Source of the DNA: Cycas panzhihuaensis
Taxonomy: Eukaryota; Plantae; Cycadophyta
Direction of reading: 5' to 3'
DNA length: 64,000 nucleotides
Assembly: GCA_023213395.1 (NCBI GenBank)
Contig: CM041465.1
Span: 81,041,741 to 81,105,740, forward strand
Within the stretch, counting starts at the first letter, position 1. Each line of letters starts with the position of its first letter. Under the pieces are notes generated by a model. That model was given only the letters and a program-made list of their open reading frames with translations. It did not search any database and was not told the DNA's origin. Position numbers and translations under genes: made by a program. Of this stretch, positions 26,331 through 36,400 are shown one piece after another.

Positions 26331-28906
26331 TAGACGCGCTGCTACAGGATAACTACCTAACTGATAGGTGTGGGGGAGAGTGAATGGTGAAATGATAAAA
26401 GGTGGAACCTAAAAGGTGAGTAACTATCACGCAGAGCGCCCCGTGCGCCGGAGCGCGAGTTCAGGATCTGCAATGGAGTATGGCTACTATCAGGTGACCC
26501 TTCACCACTTCGAGCAAGGGGTGAAGATGCGTAGGGCTAACCTGGGTTGACCTAGAGGCAGGACCCTCCCACCCTTGGGTAGCCAGAAGAGGGAAGAGGA
26601 AATCCAAAGGGAAAGAGTCAAGAGTAAGCCTACACAACCTAACCGAGTACACAAGTGATGCGAGAGGCAAGGCACTTGTGTGGTTGAGGAGAAGAGGAGA
26701 AAGGTGGAGAAAGAGAGTTCCTACAACCTTTCCTATAGATGGTAAAAGTAAAAATATATATAACAAAATAAATGAAATGCAACTAGACACGAAACCAAAT
26801 TTTCCCCTTTTATCTTCCAATGCGCTAATAACTACAGGAAAAATTAAAGGCAAAAAGGAGGTAGCAAAGTGGAGCGAAACGTGCACCTGGGTCGAGGACA
26901 TACGTGACCAAGAAGCCTTATCGAGGAGCACCAAACCGTTCCACGCGGCGCATTGGATGCAAGTTGTTGCGGTGGGTAGAAAAAGGGGGCTTCCTTACCT
27001 TCCCCGAAAAATCAAATGCGGTGCCAAGAAAGAAAGGAAGCACCAACTAATAAGTGAAACTACACGAAAACATAACAAATACAAAGGTACTTACCGGTAA
27101 CGAGGCTAACGGGTGATATCCTCCACGCTCCCCCGAATACCTGCAAGCAAAGGCGGTCTCTTCCTTCCCAGAGGAAGAACACTAACATGCAACACAAAGT
27201 TCTAACAATATATACTCAAGTAATATAAATTTAAACCTAAACACATACGCGTTAGTGCTAATCCAACAAAGAAAGTACCCAAGAAAGAATGACCAAGGCG
27301 AAAGTAAACGATCGGTAAACCTCGGAGTGGCCTACCTCCCGCAAATGGTGCCCTAACCTCCTCTCAAGAGCCACGAGGCAGCGAGGATAAAGTCAAGAGC
27401 AAGGGCTGGAAAATGGCAGCAAAAAGGGCAAGGAGAGGCCCAAGAAAACCCACGGCGAACTGGGATGCTATGAGGAGCAAACCGGGTGACCAGGAAGGAA
27501 GGTGAAGCGAAAAACCAGTGGTTGGGACTTATGAGTGATGCCCAAACCTGAGCAAAAGGCCCCAAATCAGCACTGCAACTTGTGACAGCGCTGGTTTGGG
27601 TGACCAAAAGGAAGCCTTCGAACCCTTGTTTGCAAGCCAAGGGCAGCACGGGGCGAGAGGGAGGCTTTGGAGGGTTTGGAGCCGCTTAGGGAGCGTGGAA
27701 GGTGGTACAAAATCCACCTAGCTCCTCTCCAAAACCTATGCCACCTCTCAACGCCACTGCCTTGAGCAGTAAATGCAGGCAAGAAGCACAGGAAGAGTGG
27801 TATAACAGTCCTCAAAAGGGAGGAAAACCAACTTACAAGATTGAAGTCAAGCAAAGAGCAAGCTAGACTGAGCATGAATATAACAACAAACAATGTAAAA
27901 CCAAGAGTACCTGAGTAGGGGAAGGCAAGGAGTCTGCCTCAGCCAAAAGACAGTGAGGAGCGGCTGAGAAATCAGCCCAGATCTGAAGCACAGTAGGTTT
28001 GAGACCCTGCTAAGGAGATGTGAGAGGAAACACCTGCACTTGGGAGCACTTATGGACTGCCTGAGCAAAGATCAACTGGAAAACACTCCAAAGAGGCCCT
28101 CTCCAAGGTGTTTGAGGGGCTGGAAGAATGTCTCAGCCACACCAAAGGAGAGCTGGGCGCTGGAGGAGGGGCGCTGGTCCAGTAGCAGCAGTAGAACAGT
28201 AGAGAAGAGCAGAGCAGGATGATGTTTCCTTGAGAGCAATTCCAAAAGTGAGCCAAAGAACCCTTGAAAATGAGCCCAAAAGGGCTTAAGTACTCAATCA
28301 AAACCCTAAAGCGAGCGATTAGGGCATGGCTGGAAGAGAAATAAGGCGCGAGCCACGTGGCGCTTCACACAATGCGAAATTGCCACTGGATTTTTAAAAC
28401 AATCGAGATCGTACCATCATGAATTTGCAGATCAAAAATCTGGCGGTACACACCTAGAGCCAAAAATGGGCCCCACCAGCCAGTCTAGGCTGGGGGTAGA
28501 TGACCGAAAGGGCAAAAAGGGGAGTAGAACACCTACCCGGGGGTACACAAGCCAACAAACAGGTCCAAGGGAGCAAAAATAGGACTCAAATGGGGTGGCA
28601 AGTTAAGCAAGCGATGATGAGTCATCACACGGGCAGAGGTGGCGCAAACCTAGTGGATCCTAAGGCGAGGAGGGCAGATGCGGGAAGTAACGTGGTCACC
28701 AGGGTACCACACTCGCTAGGAGTATGCCCCTGCTATAGTTGTCATAGGCTAAAAATAAGTGTGGACAACGGTAAGGTCGCCCACAAAGCCACATACAAGC
28801 AGACATGCAAGCAAATACTCATCAAAAGAAAGAGATGACAATGCGAGAAACATACCTGCACTTACCTGAGTCGGTGATTCCATATCCATTCCCGGAGCCG
28901 GAAACA
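26331..28906 (-). repeat. 3' LTR of element C (2576 bp)
   Basis: Direct repeat of 40334-42925. Minus strand starts TGTTTCC; terminal CA has mutated to TA. Confidence 0.96.
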
Positions 28907-29314
28907 CCGCCTTGGCAACAGAGCCTCGCCACTCTAAGCACGGTGCGATGGCGAATCTGCAACACAACCAAGAGTAGCACATGTGTATATAGATATATCA
29001 ATCAAGATCATAACAGTAGGCAAGGGTGCCAGCGAGTGTTGTGGCGGAATGCGTGGATATGAAAGCGGCGGTGGAGACAACATAGGGGCTACCTATGAGC
29101 CACCTGGGAACCGACTGGGAGGAAGAGACAGGTGAGGGGGGCTGCCCCCACCACAAAGGATGCAAAGAGAGCATGCATAACCAAGTAAAGAGTAAGCAAA
29201 AAGTGGGTACCATAGTTTTACCTCATTAGTAACTAGGTCTCGGAGGTGCGAATGGATCGCGAAGCCGAGCGACAGGCAACCTGGGGCTTGGGCGACAGAA
29301 AGGCCAGGCAAGCC

Positions 29315-29737
29315 TCAGGGACGATCAGCAAGGAGGGGAAGGCAGCGCTCAAGGATGAGGCGAACGAGACTATCTGCCTCAGCGTTGAGAGCCCGAGGGA
29401 TATGCTGGATATCAACAAAAGTAAAGCGGGCCAGGAGGGATCTGGCAGCAGAAGAAAGAGTCCTCAAGTGAGGGCATCGCACCTGGTAAACCTGGGTGAG
29501 ATGAGACACCACAACTTGAGAGTCGCAAAGCAAAACAACGGGTCCGTGATGGAAACGGAGGACATCGGTAAGGGCCTCAATAATAGTTGTATATTCAGCT
29601 TCATTGTTGGTAGCCTCTGGGAGGAAGATCCCAGAGCGGAGGAGATCATGTCCAGAAGGGCTGCGGAGAATCCACGCAGCGGCAGAAGGTCCAGGATTAC
29701 CGCGGCTTCCACCGTCGATAAAGATGTAGACGGACAT
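29315..29737 (-). CDS. stand-alone additional ribonuclease H (archaeal-like RNase HI, Tat aRH), ~140 aa
   Basis: Motifs IFIDGGSRGNPGPSAAAW, ATNNEAEY, LCDSQVVV and IQHIPRALNAEADSL. All four catalytic acidic residues (D,E,D,D) are present, with Arg at the His position typical of archaeal-type RNase HI. Open frame from ATG 29737. Confidence 0.93.
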   Translation of the reverse strand: MSVYIFIDGGSRGNPGPSAAAWILRSPSGHDLLRSGIFLPEATNNEAEYTTIIEALTDVLRFHHGPVVLLCDSQVVVSHLTQVYQVRCPHLRTLSSAARSLLARFTFVDIQHIPRALNAEADSLVRLILERCLPLLADRP

Positions 29738-30249
29738 AGGTGACAAAATCTAGGCAGTCAATGGGCAATAAGAGCAACACTCGAAAGGCAAGCAAAAGAT
29801 GGCCATGAAGGGTAGGAGGACCTAGCAATGAGGTTACCCAGGGCGAGAGCAAGCAACCCAATCACCAAGGAGGGTGGTCGAGGAAGCGGCCTCTTGGGGC
29901 GCCAAAAGGTCGCTTCAGGAAGCGAAACATGCCCCCAGGCAGGGGAACATTACCTTTGGGGACCCCAAGAGTGAGAAAGGGTCGCGGAAACGAGCCCAGG
30001 GCGACGAAACGAGCCAAATGAGTATAAACTCGGGTAGGCGCGGGAGTAGCGCGCAAAACGATGCAACAGGGCCCTGGCAAAAAGTGTGATAATGAGGCAC
30101 CATAAATGACCTTACAAGGGAGGGCAAAAAGGGCATCAATAAAGCACAATCGGCAACAGGGCCAGAAGGCAAAGGCAAACAAGACAAAGAGACGGTCCCA
30201 ACGACTATCGCGAGACCAAAAACGGAAGAAGTGCCCGTTGGGGCCCTTG

Positions 30250-30290
30250 CCTATATAAGGAAATCGACGGGAAAATGGATTCATTTTCAC
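30250..30290 (+). promoter_or_regulatory. putative TATA box plus initiator for the antisense PMD gene; possibly bidirectional
   Basis: CCTATATAAGG (TATATAA 30252-30258) with TTCATTTT about 30 nt downstream. The minus strand reads CCTTATATAGG, facing the aRH ORF. Confidence 0.5.
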
Positions 30291-30843
30291 CGGCTCTTGT
30301 ACGAAACTAGAGCCATTTCCTTATGCAGCGGAGCACCACCCAACTTCGGAGGCACGTAGAGGGAGATCAGACCGTCGGATCGGAGAGCGGAGAGAGCCAG
30401 CATGACCGACTAGACGATATGGCAATAGCGAGACCAGATCCAGTGAATGGAAATCACTAAACCTGACCCAAAACGAAGTTCAAAGTTTATGGTTTTTTCA
30501 GTAAGATTTTTGATTTCTGTATAGTTTTAGTACCCCTTACGGGCAACGGAAGGCTTCTCAGAGTCTGAATCAGACCCAGAAAGAGGCGGGGACCTGGGCA
30601 TTAGGGAGCCCTGGTCCCGGTGGGCCCCACGTGGTCCACCAGAAAAATTTTGGGTTTTTCGGGGCAGAAATGCCCCCTTTGGGGGATCGCTGTCTTTGCG
30701 GCAATGATCGCAGTGCCGCAATCATTGCCGCGGGCCTCACATCGTCGCGGGACCCGTGCCAAACTTAGCTGCTGCCAAGTTTGGCGCAGACGGGCGCGTA
30801 ATGGCAGAAAAATAGACATGAGGGCCAAAAGAGCCCCAAATCT

Positions 30844-30875
30844 CAGACAGAGAGAGATTTGAGAGAGAGAGAGAG
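30844..30875 (+). repeat. (GA)n-rich microsatellite upstream of the PMD ORF
   Basis: CAGACAGAGAGAGATTTGAGAGAGAGAGAGAG. Confidence 0.7.
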
Positions 30876-30958
30876 GTGATAGTGGCTAACACGAGACTGA
30901 CTTGGGTTATTTTGGTGTGAACAGGCTTTCCTCATGATGAATCTTAGCGAACGTTGGT

Positions 30959-32822
30959 ATGGCTATGCTGAGTTACATGGAGATGACAACCCAGGAGGAT
31001 AGGGATATGTTGCAGAGGTGTGGCCTGTACAAGGCCCTCAAGACACCTCAATACATGTCGGACCAGAGGTTACTAGTTGACATTGTGTCCCATTGGGATA
31101 GGAGGAGACATGTATTCCACCTACCACAGGCGGGGGATGTGACGGTCATGCCGAGGGATATCTGGCAGATACTGGGAGTTTCGGCGACATGGAGGCCGGT
31201 GAGACTAGGGACATTGCCCAGCACTGAGGCATCACACAGGGAGGTAGCTCTGTTCTTCACAGGAGCTGACAGATGGGATCAGAGGGGAGCACCCCTCCAG
31301 ACAGTTCTGATGTCAGGGATTCCTCAAGTGAGGAAACTGGTGGTTTTGTGCATTTTGTTCCGGATTTCCCAGAAACAGAACTATCGAGAGGTTCCAGGCG
31401 GGTGGGTGGATGCAGTTCACCGCTGCGAAGCCAGCGAGAGGATGGACTGGGCAGCCCTGATAGTGGCGAACCTCGTCGCCCAGCTGGATACTATCAGGAT
31501 GACTGGGAGAGGCAGATTATCATATAGCACACTGTTACAGTGTTGGTACTTCGATCACTTCGCAGCAGTGGCACCAGCGGGGGGACCACACCCCATTACA
31601 GAGCAGGCCCCGATGGTCCACAGGTGGCGAGCAGGCGAGGGGACAGAGGACAGGGCTCATGTCCGGAGATCAGTATAGGCCACATCACTAGACCTCCTCA
31701 CCCTCTGAGACTACATAGCAGAGCCCTACAGGACGGTGAGGTGGGATAGTGACGACGAGGCAGGCAGAGCAGGAGTGCTTGCGGGCGACGATAGCAGTGA
31801 TGATGGAGATGATGGAGATAGCGGAGATAGTGGGGCCGACCTGTCACGACCTGCAGGGGAGGCAGGTCCTTCAGGGATAGTAGGAGATACAGGGGGTCCA
31901 TCCGGAGCTGCCAGAGGAGAGGCAGGACCATCTGGAGCGCAGGGCGAGGTTAGGAGACCTGTGACTAGGGCCCGCAGACTGTGGATCATGATGGGATCCG
32001 CGGGGACGAGAGCTGGACCCACCCCCGCGAGGAAGGAGACCCAGGCAAAGGAGGTGCCAGAGGACGAGGCACCTGCAGCTGGCGGAGAGCCAGAAGGGGA
32101 GGATGTCGCTACGGAGGAGCAAAGGCCACAGTAGGTGAGACCTAACCTTTTCCAGAGTCATTTAGCATCTAGACAGGAGTTTAGTTTAGTTTGATTATGA
32201 CATATGTGGTGAGACATAGACTGACACATGGCGTGTTGCATTGGCAGGTACAATGAGATCGGGGAGGCGATAGAGGTGTGGTGAGGGAGATATTCCCTCG
32301 GTGTCTGTGAGGGCAACCGCCCATCCAGGCAGGTGGTGAGCCTAGAGCGGCAGGAGCCCACAGAGAGGCATTCGCCCCGTTGGTGAGGGTGAGGGACATA
32401 TGGCTGCTGAGTCCCAAGAGCATGCAACATCCCAGGGACGACTGCAGCAAGAGAGAGATGACGCGAGACGCGAGAGGGATGAGCTGCGAGGACGGGTATA
32501 GGCTTTAGAGGCACAGGGTGGTGCAGGTGGAGATGGAGAGAGCAGAACCCAGCTAGCAGTGGTCACTGAGCGTCTCAGGGTGACAGAGGAGGCACTCCAA
32601 GAAGAGTGGGATCGTATCCAGGCTAGATACGATCAGCTGGTAGCACAGGTGGTGTAGAGGTTGAGCCGGAGCAGGACACGTACCCACACGGCGGCAGCGA
32701 CCCCGAGACGGCCGAGAGATGATGAGAGCGAGGCGGGCAGCTCGCGGAGGCCCAGGAGGAGCCTCAGAGGCATGTGGTCCCCAGGAGAGGGATCACAGAG
32801 ACCAGGAGATGGCACCCCATGA
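30959..32822 (+). pseudogene. Plant Mobile Domain (PMD, MAIN/MAIL-like, aminotransferase-like) gene antisense to element C, with acidic linker and coiled-coil tail; few nonsense mutations
   Basis: ORF 30959-31678 carries PMD hallmarks: LLVDIVSHWDRRRHVFHLP.AGDVTVMPRDIWQILGV, MDWAALIVANL, LLQCWYFDHF. The same frame continues through TAG 31676 and TGA 31706 (both CAG/CGA-type) into the acidic ORF 31736-32134. Putative intron 32135-32247. The tail RLQQERDDARRERDELRGRV..TERLRVTEEALQEEWDRIQARYDQL ends at TGA 32822. U-rich 3' UTR at 32940-33150. Confidence 0.85.
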
Positions 32823-33489
32823 GCGGGGCAATAGCAGTAGGACATGTACATATAGTTTTGATAGGGGAAAGCACGGGCCTCCAGGGGGTCATATATAGGA
32901 CCATATAATTGTACCCCCCTGCAAGGACACCGGCTTCCCAGGATGTATGATGGGTCATGATTTTGATATGTATATATATATGCATGGGGTGATTGGAACC
33001 CCATTCGGATATAAGATGCTGTGTATGATGTATCGTATGGATGATATGTATGGTTCTTTTGTGTATTGTGAATGTTGTGTTGTAGATGTTTTATGTTATG
33101 GATATTTTTATGTTATGGACACATGTTTCCTTCCATATATGGCTATATGTCTAACAGGAGCACACACACACGTCGTGAGCGGAGACGACAGAGAGGTGTG
33201 AGGTTAGAGGATAGCGCGGCATACACGTCTACAGGAGAGCATAGCGGGATATGTGAAGGAAACGAAGGGCAGGAAAGAGAGGCGACGATGCCCCCAAGCA
33301 TCCTCCTGATTGGGGGATGCCCAAGCAAGACGACACAAGGGTTCCCGAGAGGATACGGGAACGCGAAATCGAAAGATGAAGCAGGATCCATCTCAAATTG
33401 CCATTCTACCCGTGGTTGGGAAGGATGGGGACAACCTAAGATGGTAGTTTAGGCTCATTTCAGAGCAGGGCGAAGGGATCACCGAGAGA

Positions 33490-36400
33490 TCATGCATAAA
33501 ACTTCTTAAGGAACTTTCCATTAACAACTTTCTCAAATTCAAGCCCTTCCAGGGTGGCTATCCTATAGGCGCCATTATCGAGGGATTCGATAATGACGAA
33601 AGGACCAACCCATCCGGGTTTGAATTTGGTCAAACGGTCATGGAGATATTCGAGCTTGAGGACATAGTCCCCGGGAAACAAAGGGCGGGGACGGAGGCGT
33701 TTATCGTAGGCCCTTTGTGAACGGGCTTTGGATGCTAGGTTAGCCTGATAGGTGGCTAAGCGTCTCTCATCCAAAGCTTCGAGGTCCAGCAGGCGAGCCT
33801 GACGGATCGACTCTTCGTCGATGAAACCTCGAAGAGAGATTCATAAGGAAGGAATCTCAACCTCCAGCGGGAGTACCGCCTCGATCAAGTAGACCCGGGG
33901 AGAACGGGGTCATTCCCGTGGCAGAACGGATAGAGGTGCGATAAGCCCACAAGGCAGAGGGTAACTGAAGGTGCCAATCCTTTTGGGATTGAGCAACGGT
34001 TTTCTTGAGGATGCTGATAAGAGTCTTATTAAAAGACTCCACTTGGCCATTTGCCTTAGGGTAGTAAGGGGAGGAAGTCTTATGAGAAATTTTGAACTTC
34101 TCGCAAAGCTCATCCACCTCTTTATTACAGAAAGGAGTTCCATTGTCGGTGATTAGGACGTCCAGAATTCTGAAACGGTAAATGATATGCTGATAGACGA
34201 ATGTGGCAATCGTTTTGCCAGGAGTAGTGATCAAGGGAATGGCTTCCACCCATTTGGTGAAATACTTCGTGGCAGTCAAGATGAACTTATGCTGTGATGA
34301 CAAAGGTGGGGAGATTGCACCGATGAGGTCTAGTCCCCACTGAGCGAAGGGCCATGGCGAAACGATGGGATGCAAGGCCTCGGAAAGCACATGGGAAATG
34401 TTGGCGTGCTCTTGACATCGCCGACATTTCAGAGCAAAGGCGTGAGCGTCTTTAAAAAGAGATGGCCAGAAATAGCCCATCCGGAGGATCCTCTGAGCCA
34501 TAGATTGGCCCCCAAAGTGACCTCCACAAATGCCATGGTGGCATTCGCTGGCACAGTCGGTCACCACAAGAGTGGTGGCCTTGAGGAGGAGGATCCCATT
34601 GAAGGACCTCTTGTACAATACCTCGTCTACGAGGAGGTATTGCCTGGCAGAAGTCTGGATGCGAGACCTAGCTTTATTACTAGCGTCGGGGCGGTATTAC
34701 TGTTGCGTGAGATACTGCACTATGTCGCCGTACCACTCATTACCGATGAGCGGATGGGGAGAAGCTCCCTGAATCGTCAGGATAGACTCATCGGGGAGAG
34801 AGTCGTCAACGGGAGTATCAAAGGAGTTAGGGATAGGGGCGTCGGAGAGTTGCTCGGCCACTATCATTCCCTTCTTCGATTTCCGGTTAACGATATGGAG
34901 ATCAAACTCTTGGAGTGGGATGACCCAATGACCAGCCCTACCCGTCAAATCTGAACGAGTTAGTAAGTATCACAAGGGATCGGATTGAACGATCACCTTG
35001 GTGGTGTTGCCAAGCAAGTAGTGCCTAAACTTCTTGGTTGCATGGACCAAGGAGAGGCATTCCTTCTCGGCAGGGGAATAATTAAGCTCAGCAGCCACGA
35101 GAGTGCGACTGATGAAATATATAGCTCTCTCAGTTCCTGAGTCGTCCTCCTGAGCGAGCATAGCACCCAAGGATTTGTCAGTCGCTGAGGTATACAGGAT
35201 GAAGGGCCTATCGAATCGGGGAGGCGCCAACGTAGGAGCGGAAGCCAGGGCTTCCTTGAGTCCTTCGAAGGCCTTTTGGGTCTTGTCGGACTAGGCAAAA
35301 GGAGCTCCCTTCTTCAATAGGTTCGTGAGGGGTTTAACACTCATAGCGAAATCGGCTAAGAAGCGCCTAAGGAAACCAAGCCTGCCTAGAAATGACTTAA
35401 TCTGTCGTTGAGTTCTAGGTGGCGGCATGTCGAGGATCGCTCTGACTTTGTCAGGGTCGATCTGAATTCCTCATTTGGATACAAGGAATCCGAGGAGTTT
35501 ACCTGAAGTAATGGCAAACACACATTTAAGTGAATTAAGATTGACGTGATACTCGCGGCATCGTGAGAAGATGGCACGTAAGTCGGACGGGTGATGGGCC
35601 CTCACGCGGGAGAGACCCATCATATCGTCCATGAAGACCTCCAGCGTGTCATTGATGAGGTCATGGAAGATAAAATGCATGGCTCTCTGGTAAGTAGCAC
35701 CTGCATTTTTAAGGCCAAAGGGCATCGCCTTATAGGCAAAGGTACCCCAGGGAGTAGTGAAGGCCATCTTATGGCGGTCTTCGGGAGAAATCTGAATTTG
35801 GTTATAGCCAGAGAAGCCGTCCATTAGGGACATCACTTCGAATCCAGCGGTGCGATCAATGATTTGATCGAGGAAGGGTAACGGAAAATTGTCCTTAGGA
35901 CAAGCGTTATTGATGTCGCAAAAGTCGACGCATATATGGATTGCCCCGTTCTTTTTGGCAACGGGAACAATATTGGAGACCCACTTAGGGTAGTCGATAG
36001 AAGTAATGAGCCCAGTGTCCAGAAGCTTCTCAACCTCCATCTTGACGGCGGCAGATAGCTTCAAGTGAAGGGGACGCTGCTTTTGGCGCACAGGGCGGGC
36101 GCCAGGAAGGGTGGTGAGATTATGGGTGACAATCGAGGGGTCGATTCCCTTCATGTCAGCATAATCCCACGCGAAAATGTCTCGAAACTCCTGGAACAGA
36201 AGGGAGTACTCCCTTATCTCATCAGGGGAACATTCCAACCCAACCTTAATGACCTTGCCTGGGGCCAAGACTATGTCTTGAGTTGCCCCCATGCACATGG
36301 CATTGCCCTCCTCGAAGTGGAGAGGGGCAAGATCAACAGGAGGAGGAGGAATAGGAGATGGGATCGGATCAGCGAGCGTGGATCCGATCGCGAGGATCTT

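Noticed and set aside
26461-29062. ORFs of 60-157 aa inside the C LTRs, repeated at 40464-43058
   Set aside because: They recur only because the LTR is duplicated. Their frames and ends differ between the LTRs and no domain is evident.
29205-29232. CTAATGAGGTAAAAC (minus strand) resembling a decayed hammerhead core CUGAUGA..GAAAC
   Set aside because: It needs three back-mutations, leaves no room for stem II, and no flanking stems I/III were found. Kept only as a junction motif.
29315-29737. RNase H ORF as a fresh horizontal transfer from a prokaryote or as a host gene
   Set aside because: It lies inside a TSD-bounded retroelement, and archaeal-type RNase H is an established Tat component. 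Its intactness is also unremarkable for a 423-bp ORF in a young copy.
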